Below are positions 32,601-42,170 of a DNA stretch of 64,000 nucleotides, one piece after another. Below the pieces are notes generated by a model. That model was not told the origin of the DNA and did no database searches. It saw only the letters and a list, made by a program, of their open reading frames with translations. Origin of the DNA: an uncultured Bacteroides sp. (GTDB lineage: Bacteria; Bacteroidota; Bacteroidia; Bacteroidales; Bacteroidaceae). The translations under genes and the position numbers were made by a program. The stretch spans positions 8,940 to 72,939 of the forward strand of contig CAUEFX010000010.1 of NCBI GenBank assembly GCA_958477465.1, read 5' to 3'. Each line of letters opens with the position of its first letter. Within the stretch, counting starts at the first letter, position 1.

Positions 32601-33759
32601 CCTTGTCTCCTAAAGTGGTCAGATGGTCCGGAAGGAGTATGGACGTTAATTTCTTACATCCCTTGAAAGCCATGTTGTCGATGCCTGTGACGGAATAATC
32701 ATTGCCGTTGAGATTGATGGTGGAAGGAATGACCAGCGTTCCGGAATAGGCTGTGTACGACTCATCGTAAGCAACTGTTACGGTATTGGGCTCGCTGCCG
32801 GGGATAGTGGTTATGTCTTTATTTCCCACAGTTAGAGTTACGGTGTCAGTGGAGATTTCATCAAGGATATTCTTGACGATACAATAGTAAGAACCTGCAT
32901 CTTCAACTGTCACTGACGGAATGGTATAGTGAGGGGCTTTTGCATCAGGTATTGCCACTTCGTTTTTATACCATTGAAATACAAGCGTATCTCCTTTGAA
33001 TTCGGGAGCGAAAGTGGCGGATTCACCCGGTGAAACAACCAGGCTTTCCGGCTGGACTTTTACCGATGGTGCCGTAGGACCGTTTTTAGCGGCAGGAGCC
33101 AGCTCTTTCCATGGTTGAGACTGCATGCCAATGGCAAAATTCCATCCGTCCCAACAGCCGTTTGCTAATTTTCTTCCTGTAGCTCCTACGCCACTGTAGC
33201 CCCAAGTACCTTCATCCGAACTTTTTAGCCAATAAGACCAATATCCTTGATACCAGCCCGATTGCCAATAATCTTCCGGATCGAGACAGGTGTAACCGTC
33301 ATATCCGTAACTTCCGGTGAATATGACACCTTCTTCATTCGGATAGAATATGGTTCCGTCTTTTTGAACGGCAAAGTCACCGCTTTTGTTGACATCATAT
33401 CCGAAACCAGCAATTGTGGAACCGTATGCTGTTCCTGTTTCTGTCATACAGAAGAAACGTGGATCGGCAGCTGCAATATCTCTGATCATTTTCTCTCCTG
33501 TTGCTTCACCATCCCAACGATATCCCCATACTAAAGCATTCGTTTCATTGTCTGCATTCCATTGGATGACCAATGCGGCTTTATTTGCACCTTCACCGGT
33601 CCAGTTCTCAATCATTTCCATAGTAAAAGTACCTTCGGCAATAGCTCTCATCGGTACTAACTGTTTGGCGGTAGGGTGAGGTTGACCCTGTACTGAAATC
33701 TGGGCAGAGACCTGCCATGTGACAAACAGTAAAAGAAGTAAAGAGTAAATTTTTCTCAT
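29683..33759 (-). CDS. Large secreted BspA-like LRR surface protein with Ig-like domains and probable T9SS C-terminal domain
   Basis: Signal peptide, many xIGxxAFxxCxxL repeats, Ig domain (FQWYKN...DAGSYYC), two near-identical ~103-aa domains, C-terminal YYSLNG...KVY. Confidence 0.88.
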   Translation of the reverse strand: MRKIYSLLLLLFVTWQVSAQISVQGQPHPTAKQLVPMRAIAEGTFTMEMIENWTGEGANKAALVIQWNADNETNALVWGYRWDGEATGEKMIRDIAAADPRFFCMTETGTAYGSTIAGFGYDVNKSGDFAVQKDGTIFYPNEEGVIFTGSYGYDGYTCLDPEDYWQSGWYQGYWSYWLKSSDEGTWGYSGVGATGRKLANGCWDGWNFAIGMQSQPWKELAPAAKNGPTAPSVKVQPESLVVSPGESATFAPEFKGDTLVFQWYKNEVAIPDAKAPHYTIPSVTVEDAGSYYCIVKNILDEISTDTVTLTVGNKDITTIPGSEPNTVTVAYDESYTAYSGTLVIPSTINLNGNDYSVTGIDNMAFKGCKKLTSILLPDHLTTLGDKAFEGCTALSSMILPDEVEYIGAEAFSGCSALTSITINKKLKSIGRAAFENCAVLADITLPDNVETVGSLTFKGCGKLASVTLGKSITELGDSTFLGCSALKNIVLPSAIQNVGTRSFNGCSSLTNVELGQISSIGDAAFNGCTALTSITFPKTLTSIGDYAFSGCTELATVTFENGESNLSVLESSSMSIGNYAFDGCTKINTLEIPDKVTALGNYAFNKCEALTSVSLGNGLVSIGNYAFSDCKKLAAVTFGSSIETIGDRAFSNTQLPSLTLPSTTKVIGDWAFYYCPLSSIEFNNGLQKIGSRAFYGVSVKTLNIPNSVTSLGSYAFSNCKNLSSAVLGTGITKIEDYTFNSCSQLSSIECPSVTTIGASAFASCTVLKDIPLNNNITALNNGAFKSCKAITSVTIPNSVASMGTGIFDGCTGLLSATFGTGISRVPNNTFNNCSNLATVVLPENITFIGQYAFAGTSLTALPLTANITKIDNYAFKECKKLTSIEIPDQITSLGTYVFQNCTGITHAKIGSGMTALPNYLFYGCSSLQAVELSENIKSIGNSVFYNCQKLKEIPLTKAITTIGTSAFYGCKGLTSVVLPDNITSLGGSAFYGCSALEEVILGSGITKLETNLFRNASLLKKVVAKGIITSVATYTFNGCSALESIYIKSQSVPTASSNTFTNVPATCKIFVPEALVDDYKEANYWKNFVISTWLPDLEIVSTTPAMDFGNGEEADIDRDTKTFTVTFNRNIVEEDNVSVALKQEGEPVKDQVLNASYTENVLTLSREGERLPGGKYTLVVTTSESVLNITFNVKPWLPELEIVSTTPAMDFGNGEEADIDRDTKTFTVTFNRNIVEEDNVSVALKLEDEPVKDQVLNTSYAENVLTLNREGEELAAGKYTLVITTSESVLNITFNVADSGVGIKDQTSEKRVLRKEYYSLNGTVLPRPVSGFNIIKTIYEDGTVEVSKVYIKSLVDKR
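29874..30483 (-). repeat. 309-bp tandem duplication within the LRR gene
   Basis: Copies 30183-30483 and 29874-30174 both encode WLP(D/E)LEIVSTTPAMDFGNGEEADIDRDTK...VLNITFNV. Confidence 0.9.
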
Positions 33760-34119
33760 TTTGTCATAGTTTAAATATTAAAATAAAAATGTTTCTTTTA
33801 TTCGATGCTTACCTGGCGTAAGACTTGTTGCATGGATTATAATCTTAGAAAAATGATATTCCGGTTATTTGTCGACTTGATCGTACCCCATGAGGTTTTG
33901 TTGCTTTGTGCCCCTAAAGGCAAAAGCAAACGATACCTCTCTGCTACACGTAGGAGATGTTGAAATGTTTTTTTCCTCATAATATATCTATTTGACAGTT
34001 ACTTTTCCATCAAATAGCCTCAAAGAGTACCAATATGTATGAATAACCTTTTCTGTACACAATTTCTTGTGTACAAATCTGTGGATTCATAGCTCGTCCT
34101 CGAAAGCTATTGAACATGT

Positions 34120-34305
34120 TGCATGGCAGGTCTTCTGACTCGTTTCCGTGAATGAACGCCTTCCCGATCGGCTTAGAAGCCTTTCAGTGGCATGAGGTAG
34201 TGTTCACCACGTTTTTATGAAACATACAGCAACGGGACTGTTCAGGATTCTCACCTGATTCCCTTTTAATCATCTTTCCGTATCTTTGGAAAAGATGAAC
34301 CAATG
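34120..34305 (-). ncRNA. Cobalamin (AdoCbl) riboswitch
   Basis: Minus strand: AAAAGGGAATCAGGTGAGAATCCTGAACAGTCCCG..CTGTA..GCCACTG..GGGAAGG..GAGTCAGAAGACCTGCC; Bacteroidetes -7 box TAACTTTG just upstream (34318-34311). Confidence 0.92.
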
Positions 34306-34420
34306 CGTGGCAAAGTTAGAAATTTATTAGTAATAGAAAGGAGGGATACCGCTCTTTTTTTATATAGTCCGCTAAAAAATGAATCGGATACCGCTTTTTA
34401 TTGATTGGAAACTGTTCGTT

Positions 34421-36727
34421 TTACTTATAAATAATTAGTTCTTCATCCCTATTGGCATGATAAACAGTGTCATATATAAGTATGCTCAGTTCATCCCCCT
34501 CTGTCATGGAGATTTTTATTTCGTCTTTTCCGATCTCTACCTGTAGTGCACGTCCGCGGAAATTTATTTTGAAAGTGTATTTGTTCCACTTATCGGGAAT
34601 GATGGGGTGAAAGCAAAGCATATTGTTTTTTACTTGCATTCCGGAGAATCCGTGAACGATGGCAAGCCAGCTTCCTGCCATGCTGGTGATGTGCAGTCCT
34701 TGGTTGAGCTCATTGTTGTAGTCATCGAGGTCCAGCCGGGTCGCATGAAGAAAGAGGTCGTAAGCCTTGCTGATGTCGCCTATCCGTGAAGCTAAGATAG
34801 AGTGCACATAGGGAGACAATGAAGACTCATGCAGTGTACGTGGCTCATAAAACCGGAAGTTGCGGCGTACGGTTTCATCGTCAAAATTATTGTAGTACAG
34901 ATACAATCCCAGTAAAACATCGCTTTGCTTGATATAGCATGAACGTAAGATGCGATCCCATGACCAGTGCTGGTTGATGGGGCGCTCTTCCATCGGAATG
35001 TCATCTATGGTTTTCAGCTCTTTGTCGAGATAGCCGTCGTTCTGTACGAATATACCCAATACTTCGTCTTCCGGCAGGTACATTCTGTCTATGATTTCCT
35101 GCCAATAAGAACTTTCGGTATCTTGAAAACCGGTGATTCTGCAGACGCGTGTGTACTCGTCGGGGTATTGATGAGCTACCAGTTCCAAAGATTCTATGGT
35201 AGATTTCAGAGTCTGTACACACGAATAGTTGGTGTACCAGTTATTATCTACATTGTTTTCGTATTCATTGGGGCCGGTGACACCCAGTATCACATATTTT
35301 TGTTTCGGTTGTGAGAAAGAGACGCGCTGGCTCCAGAATCGGGAGATGGCTATCATTATTTCCAGTCCGTAGCGGGCGATGAAGTCGTTGTGTCCCGTCA
35401 TCACTGCGTATTGTATGATTCCGTGAACGATGATGTTGTTGCGATGTATCTCCTCGAAGGTGATTTCCCATTCGTTATGGCACTCTTCTCCGTTGGAAGT
35501 TACCATGGGATAGAGGGCCGCTTCATTTTTGAGCCCCAGTTTCCGGGCATTCCCTATCGCTTTCGGGAGTTGGTTGTAGCGGTAGAGCAGGAGGTTTCTG
35601 GCTGTCTCTTTCGAACTGGCCAGCAGGAAGAAGGGGATACAGCAAAGTTCCGTATTCCATTGTGTATTTCCTCCGTATTTTTCACCGGTGAATCCTTTGG
35701 GGCCGATGTTAAGGCGTGGGTCGTCTCCACGGTAGCTCTGATTGAGTTGGAAGATATTGAATCGGATACCTTGTTGTGCTTCGGGGTCTCCGTCGATGGT
35801 GACATCCATTTCGTCCCAGATATTTTGCCACACTTCCCGATGGTCTTGCACGAGCTTTTCCCATCCCCGGTTCTTGGCGTTTCTACTTTCGGCTACTGCT
35901 TGCTCCACAAGTTCCGAACGGTCATAATAGAGAGAGGAGAGGATAGCGGTATATTTGATAAGCGTGATCCGTTCGCCGGACTTTACATCGGCACCGGCAC
36001 TAAATCCGGTCAGCTTTTCCTTTTCTATTTTTATGGGGCTGGCATTTATTTCTTTGCTGTTCTTGAAGAGTTGGTAAGTCAGGGCACAGCAGACTTGTGA
36101 GTCTTCCCGTTTGGTTTGCGTCCACAGATAGGCATACTCGTTGGTTGTTTCCGAGCGGAGTATGTTCCACATCTTTTCATCGAAATTGGATGTCTCGTGT
36201 CTTACATCTCCATTGATATAGGGAACGATGGAAACCTTTCCTTCATAATTTACGGAAGTCACGCTGTATTTGATGAGGCATAAGTTCTGATTGGCCATGC
36301 TGTTGATATGCTCCACGTGAATTTTCAGCGTGTTTCCTTTGGGAGAGGTCACCTCAAAGTCACGATAGGAAATCCCCTCTTTCATGTCGAGTTTCCGTTC
36401 GAACTGTTCTATGTCCCATTGCGAAAGGTCCACCTCTTCATCGATCAGTCTCAGGTAGATTCCGCTCCAATCGGGAGCGTTCGGTATGCGTGAGAAGAAA
36501 TGCGGATACCCGTTTTTCCACCAGCCCACTCTTGTCCGGTCCAAAAAGCTGATGCCTGCCACATAAGAACCTTGCAGGCTGTCACTGCTATAAGTCTCTT
36601 CAAAATTTCCCCGTTGTCCGAATCTTCCGTTTCCTAAACTGAATATACTTTCCGAAGCACGCAGCTTATCAGCATGAAAGCCTTCTTCTATGATATTCCA
36701 CTCGTCTGTCTTGAGAAATTTTTCCAT
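34421..36727 (-). CDS. GH65 maltose phosphorylase-like enzyme
   Basis: ESIFSLGNG, IGPKGFTGEKYGG, VTGPNEYENN, IKQSDV, HESSLS. Confidence 0.9.
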   Translation of the reverse strand: MEKFLKTDEWNIIEEGFHADKLRASESIFSLGNGRFGQRGNFEETYSSDSLQGSYVAGISFLDRTRVGWWKNGYPHFFSRIPNAPDWSGIYLRLIDEEVDLSQWDIEQFERKLDMKEGISYRDFEVTSPKGNTLKIHVEHINSMANQNLCLIKYSVTSVNYEGKVSIVPYINGDVRHETSNFDEKMWNILRSETTNEYAYLWTQTKREDSQVCCALTYQLFKNSKEINASPIKIEKEKLTGFSAGADVKSGERITLIKYTAILSSLYYDRSELVEQAVAESRNAKNRGWEKLVQDHREVWQNIWDEMDVTIDGDPEAQQGIRFNIFQLNQSYRGDDPRLNIGPKGFTGEKYGGNTQWNTELCCIPFFLLASSKETARNLLLYRYNQLPKAIGNARKLGLKNEAALYPMVTSNGEECHNEWEITFEEIHRNNIIVHGIIQYAVMTGHNDFIARYGLEIMIAISRFWSQRVSFSQPKQKYVILGVTGPNEYENNVDNNWYTNYSCVQTLKSTIESLELVAHQYPDEYTRVCRITGFQDTESSYWQEIIDRMYLPEDEVLGIFVQNDGYLDKELKTIDDIPMEERPINQHWSWDRILRSCYIKQSDVLLGLYLYYNNFDDETVRRNFRFYEPRTLHESSLSPYVHSILASRIGDISKAYDLFLHATRLDLDDYNNELNQGLHITSMAGSWLAIVHGFSGMQVKNNMLCFHPIIPDKWNKYTFKINFRGRALQVEIGKDEIKISMTEGDELSILIYDTVYHANRDEELIIYK

Positions 36728-36799
36728 GGCTTTCTTTTTGTTTGGTATTTGCACGAAAGATACAAAAAATAATGTATCGCCAATGTGAACAGCATACTT

Positions 36800-36935
36800 T
36801 TTGTGAATTTATATGGTTTTTCTGTAGACAATCTTTATTTCATGAAGTGTTGGTATGCATTCTACCAGTCTGATGAGGGAATTTTTGACCAAGTTGGTCA
36901 AATTTTTGAGATACCGGAAATCTTTGCCTATGTGC
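36800..36935 (+). pseudogene. Possible remnant of a YhcG/DUF1016 N-terminal region
   Basis: GFSVDNLYFMKCWYAFY...IFAYVP resembles that family; short and lacks a plausible start. Confidence 0.35.
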
Positions 36936-37308
36936 CCTTCTTAGTTGCTGAGAATGTCGTTATCTTTCCGAGTTAGACTGTGTGTCTGGGAATTGGGCTA
37001 TTTCTCTTTCCTTTGTTGTTACAAGATGGCAAGTCCTATGTGTACTTATGATTTGATGAAGTAAAAAATACACGTCTGCATACAATATAACAGCATGATG
37101 CAGGAAATATATCGCCCCAAAATGTGATTCTCCGAATTTTATTTGTATTTTTATCATCTCTGTCTGAGGTTTGTTTGATTTTTTTGCAACACTAAGTTAA
37201 GTAAATTTTCTGACACGGTAAAATCCTGAACGCCTTGTTGATTTAGGGTATTCTATACATAATTTACTTATATAATCTAATTAGTTGCATTCTTTAAATT
37301 TATTACTT

Positions 37309-38454
37309 ATGCAAACCTCATTTTTGTTAAAACTCTCTCTCTTTGCGGCATGTTGCCTTTTTGTCGGTACAATGTATGCACAAAGAAATTATCGTCCGGG
37401 ATTCATTATCACTCTTCTGCAAGATACACTCTACGGTCAATTGGATTATCGTACCGATGACATCAACGCTGAGCGGTGTGTCTTTGTGGACAGGAATGAA
37501 ACAGAGCCGCAAACTTATTATCCTACCGACTTGTTTGGATATCGGTTTACCGATGATGGAAAATATTATGTATCCAAAACAATACAATTAAGCAAAAATG
37601 AAACACCCCGTACCGTATTCCTCGAATATCTGTTGCAAGGAATGAAAAGTTTATACTTCTATGAAGATAATGCAGGATTGCAGGTCTATTTTATAGAAGA
37701 GGATAAAGGTTTGATAAAGATGGATGCGCCTGTAGCCGAAGGTAATGATAAAGGAGTTCGGTTAACAGGAACTATAAGACGGTATATTCCGGTGTTGAAA
37801 TATGCATTTGCAGACTGCCCGGAATTGAATGAGGAAATAGAAAATGCTAAGTTTAATCATAAGAGTTTAATAGAGATCACGAAAGATTATCATTACAGAA
37901 TGTGCACAAATAACGAAGAGTGCATAGAGTTTGAGGCAAAAGAAGATAAAAAGCGGATACAAGTGTCTTTTATGCTTTACGGTGGAATTTGCCAATATTG
38001 GTTTACCGAAAAAGTCTATCCCGGTAGTTCGTCCTACAACTCTTATATGATAGGGGCCCGTTTATCTTTTGGTAATCGGCGTCGGATGAAGAGTCTTAGA
38101 TATTGGTTGGATCTTTCGCTGTCACGGGCGAAAGCTGATATTCTCGAGCCGGATTATACTTATAACCGACTGTATAAAAGTGAACTGACATCTAATGTCT
38201 TTTCTACAAGATTTGGCGTTCGCTATACCTGTCCTGTTGGAGGAAGAGTACAACCTTTTGTAGAAGGAGGGTTGGGATTTGATGCGGCATATAAAGAGAC
38301 ATATATTGGCTATGGGGTAAATGTAGGTATACAAATTAAGTATTCTAAAAAAATAAACGATTATTTATTGTTGCCAGGTGGCTATAAAGGTGCGTTTTCA
38401 CCTGAAGTATTGATACATCAAGGATGGTCGGTAGTACTTGGGTATGTCTTCTGA
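37309..38454 (+). CDS. Secreted/outer-membrane protein with probable C-terminal beta-barrel
   Basis: Signal peptide, NYRPGFIITL..DTLYG, terminal LGYVF. Confidence 0.7.
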   Translation: MQTSFLLKLSLFAACCLFVGTMYAQRNYRPGFIITLLQDTLYGQLDYRTDDINAERCVFVDRNETEPQTYYPTDLFGYRFTDDGKYYVSKTIQLSKNETPRTVFLEYLLQGMKSLYFYEDNAGLQVYFIEEDKGLIKMDAPVAEGNDKGVRLTGTIRRYIPVLKYAFADCPELNEEIENAKFNHKSLIEITKDYHYRMCTNNEECIEFEAKEDKKRIQVSFMLYGGICQYWFTEKVYPGSSSYNSYMIGARLSFGNRRRMKSLRYWLDLSLSRAKADILEPDYTYNRLYKSELTSNVFSTRFGVRYTCPVGGRVQPFVEGGLGFDAAYKETYIGYGVNVGIQIKYSKKINDYLLLPGGYKGAFSPEVLIHQGWSVVLGYVF

Positions 38455-38608
38455 AACAAGTTGGAAAGGTTATCACTCCTCTCTTGCTAACCAAATACCC
38501 CCTGCTACAGACTGACTGTGGCAGGGGGTATTTATATATTTATTGCTTACAATCTGTGACTTTTTAGAGCGGACATTTTAGTTTTGACATAACCTCACAA
38601 GGAATAAC

Positions 38609-38982
38609 TTATTTCAAAAAAGCTATCATTTCAGATATAGCTTTTTTTAAAGGCTGAAGTTCGTGCTCTATGATCCACCAAATCTGGTCGGCATCAACCT
38701 CAAAATAGTGATGTGCGATAATATCACGCAGACCTTTTACGTTTTTCCAATCAATCTCTGGGTACGTTGATAAAAGTTCGCCTTTTGTTACCTTGTCAAG
38801 TCCCTTCAAGCTTTCTCCTATTGCAATAAATTGCATACAGATAGAGTCCAAAATTGTGAACCCATAGGATGCATAAGAAAATCGTCTGCACTATGATAGG
38901 GGGTTGATCGCTCTTCAATATGCTCTATAGAAATCCGAACTCTATCAAGTATGTTTAGCGCTATATCTTTATCATATTGCAT
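38609..38982 (-). pseudogene. Frameshifted HepT/DUF86 (HEPN) toxin-like gene
   Basis: ATG at 38982 (MQYDKDIALNIL...ADDFL) changes frame near 38860 into LDSICMQFIAIGESLK...GLRDIIAHHYF. Confidence 0.7.
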
Positions 38983-39319
38983 AAATCCCCTCCTTTTCTA
39001 TTTGTTCACTTTAAGATTTAGAATACATAATAATATAACGGGACACATAAATTACTAAATTTTGGACGTAACCTACGAAGATGGTTCTGAATGCAAATAT
39101 CATAGTCAAAATTCCAAATGGTGGCCCAGCTAACATCACCACCTTCACAAATAAATCTTCTCAGCTATGCCATGATGTTTTTGTTAGTGCGAACAAAATA
39201 TTTTTCTTTTATTAATTAATACTAAAAAGTTGTATGATAGATTTTTAATTCATATCTTGTAATGCAAAATAAAGGCGGAATACAAAATAGACCGCTTGTT
39301 AACTTTAAAAACTGAGCTT

Positions 39320-40153
39320 ATGAGACAGATGAATTTATTATGTGTTCTTATGATTTTTATTATTACTGGCTGTTCTTCGAGTTCTGATGGGGTAGAATTG
39401 CCGGATACGCCTCCGACTCCCCACCTGAATGTGAAAGACAGCTTGGTTACTCTGGAAATTTGGAGGCAGGCTGGAGGAGAACATTGGCCTTATGTATGGA
39501 ATCCTAAAGATATGTTTACTTGGGCAGGGGCCGGTGTGGCATTGGATACCGAACGGAATGAGTATCGCATCGTAAAGCTCCATTTGAATGCTTTTAATGA
39601 TCATTCCGCCAGTGGAACATTGTCAGATAAAATCGGTGAATTGGAAGAATTACGTTTTTTTGCTATAGGCGGACTCGGCATAACCGGTGATATACCTAAA
39701 AGTTTCGGTAACCTTAAACATTTAAAGGAACTAGTGATTAATACGACATCTATGGGTGGTACGATTCCTGATGAAATTTTCAGCCTGCCTTATTTGGAAA
39801 GACTTGAAATATGTAACAATCGGTCTATCAAGGGAGAACTTTCCGATGCTATTGCAAACCTGTCACCAATGATTATAAGTTGTATGTTTACGTCCAATAG
39901 TCTATCAGGGAAAGTTCCGAGTGGAATCCGGATTAAATCGCTTGATTTGGATGATAATAAATACACGGAATATCCATTTGAATATAGCAAAAAGGAAGCT
40001 ACGGCTATTGATATGAGTCGTAATTATATAACTGGTATTATTCCGGATTCTATTCTTAATGACGTAGATGCTTTAAAAAGACTTCGTTCTATGACTTTCA
40101 ATCAGAAGGATGGGTGCAAATTCACAAATGCTCCTGATTCATGGAATCCCTGA
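39320..40153 (+). CDS. LRR-containing lipoprotein
   Basis: Lipobox ITGC; LSGxIPxxLxxL-type LRRs. Confidence 0.75.
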   Translation: MRQMNLLCVLMIFIITGCSSSSDGVELPDTPPTPHLNVKDSLVTLEIWRQAGGEHWPYVWNPKDMFTWAGAGVALDTERNEYRIVKLHLNAFNDHSASGTLSDKIGELEELRFFAIGGLGITGDIPKSFGNLKHLKELVINTTSMGGTIPDEIFSLPYLERLEICNNRSIKGELSDAIANLSPMIISCMFTSNSLSGKVPSGIRIKSLDLDDNKYTEYPFEYSKKEATAIDMSRNYITGIIPDSILNDVDALKRLRSMTFNQKDGCKFTNAPDSWNP

Positions 40154-40180
40154 ATTGTTTATTAACTTAAATATAGTATT

Positions 40181-41896
40181 ATGAAACATTTTTGTGGAAT
40201 GATGATTCTATCATCTATGTTTTTGGTGGCTTGTCATGATCAGATGACGGAACAATATTCAGAGCAACTGTTAAATAGGGAGAATGAAACGTTGAGAATT
40301 GTGTATCCATTATCCAAGGACTATAGGACAGGAGGTGTGCGAACTCGAAGTACAACAACAACTACTACTACTTTTGAAACTGATTGGGAAAAGCAAAGTG
40401 ATATAACGACAGCGTTGGGTAATGTTTTTCGTACTCCTTGGGCTGCAGGTGAGAGAGATTCAAATTTACCAGAGTCTTTTGCGTATGATATAAAAAAAGA
40501 GGATGGTTGGAGGTTGTTATTTCATACATTTGCAGGTATAGATTACAGTGCTAAAGATCGGAACTATATGGCATTTTATAATATTCGTACAGGTATCTTG
40601 AAAGTTTTTTATTATTTACAAAATACTCCTCAACAAAATAATGGAGCGTCATGGGAGGTTTCGTTTAATGGTGAGCATTGCTTGTTGAACATGGGAGAGG
40701 AGTTTACAGATCCTATGAAAATGAAGCAAATCAAATATTGGAAAGGAACTAATTTTGTAACACATGTTGCAAAGCCGTTTCAGAAAGGTTGGAATGGCTT
40801 TCAGATTCCTTTGGCATACGATCCTACTGTTGATACTTCCGAAAGAAGTCTTGATATAAGATCAACTCTTGCAAATACTTTAGATTTGAATTTGTTTGGT
40901 GATCTGACTACTTATTCGGAGGGGGCTATTCTTACGCGGAGTTCAGTCAATCCATTAGCCGACTTAAATAAGAAGATAGCAACATTGGTAGGAAAAAAAG
41001 CAGAACTGTGGATATCGGATAATACAGAAGATGAAATGATACATCCTCAAGATACAAAAGATACTGCAACACGTAGTATTATAGGAGATGTTATTACAAA
41101 AGGTGTAAATTTGATCTTCGGAAAATTAACAGCGTCTCTTAGTAAGATAAAAACTCAAAAGAGTGATTTAGAATTTACAACTAGTGGTACTACTAATTTA
41201 TCAGGGACGATTACATTTAATTCTTCTAGTCCGGTTTTGAGTTTGCGAATACCTTTTACGAAAGATGTAGTGGGAGAACTCGGAGCTTGGAATTTAAGCG
41301 ATAGACCGACTATCTATGTTGACCCTCGGGCAGATTATGTACCGAATTCGGCCACATACGGTGATTATGAGTATAAGATGCGTGGTGTGAGTGGGTATAA
41401 ATATGATGTAGTCATAAATCCGCAATTGAAACCGTATATTATTAATCAGTGGGTGGATATAGATTTGATCAAGTATTGGAAGTGGGATTCTAATGCACCT
41501 AAATTGCCAAGTTATTACACTGATTTTGGAACAATCGGGAATACTGATTATATGGGAATTTCCACACGTTTTGATCAGGAACAGTTGCTATATGGGAATC
41601 ATTTGCAAAATGGATCTATTTATAAAGAAGATTTAAAGGCTACTATTGGGGCTTATGGCATAGATTTACTTCCAATGATATATGTACCAAAAGTGACAAT
41701 TCATGAAGAAAAGAAATATAATGCTGCAAATATTTTTATGAAAGTTACATTGAACTTGGTAACAGAGATTGAAGGTAAACGAGATACAACCATATCTACT
41801 CGTACGTTTGTTCCTAAACTGGAATGGGATCCATACTTATGTAGCAGGCTTGATCCTTTAAAGCCTGAGGAATGGATAAGATATGGTGATATATGA
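40181..41896 (+). CDS. Hypothetical lipoprotein
   Basis: Lipobox LVAC, TRS motif, 571 aa, AT-rich. Confidence 0.7.
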   Translation: MKHFCGMMILSSMFLVACHDQMTEQYSEQLLNRENETLRIVYPLSKDYRTGGVRTRSTTTTTTTFETDWEKQSDITTALGNVFRTPWAAGERDSNLPESFAYDIKKEDGWRLLFHTFAGIDYSAKDRNYMAFYNIRTGILKVFYYLQNTPQQNNGASWEVSFNGEHCLLNMGEEFTDPMKMKQIKYWKGTNFVTHVAKPFQKGWNGFQIPLAYDPTVDTSERSLDIRSTLANTLDLNLFGDLTTYSEGAILTRSSVNPLADLNKKIATLVGKKAELWISDNTEDEMIHPQDTKDTATRSIIGDVITKGVNLIFGKLTASLSKIKTQKSDLEFTTSGTTNLSGTITFNSSSPVLSLRIPFTKDVVGELGAWNLSDRPTIYVDPRADYVPNSATYGDYEYKMRGVSGYKYDVVINPQLKPYIINQWVDIDLIKYWKWDSNAPKLPSYYTDFGTIGNTDYMGISTRFDQEQLLYGNHLQNGSIYKEDLKATIGAYGIDLLPMIYVPKVTIHEEKKYNAANIFMKVTLNLVTEIEGKRDTTISTRTFVPKLEWDPYLCSRLDPLKPEEWIRYGDI

Positions 41897-42170
41897 TGAT
41901 ATATGATTTACTTGGATTGTAATTAGTAGAAGTGTTTCTATAGCTTTTTATTTGAATATGAGGATGTATTAACCTCAATTTTATCAGAATTGCACTTTTA
42001 AATTGAAACTTGGACATCCGAAAAGGTTAAGAGAAAGAGCCGTATCATTACTCGAAACAGAGTTTGATACGGCTCTTTGGGGTTAGCAGCTTCAATCAGT
42101 TGCTTTTCGGAGTGAGCATTTTAGTATTGCTACACTCTCATCATTATTATCGCATCGAAAAGGTTTTTTA

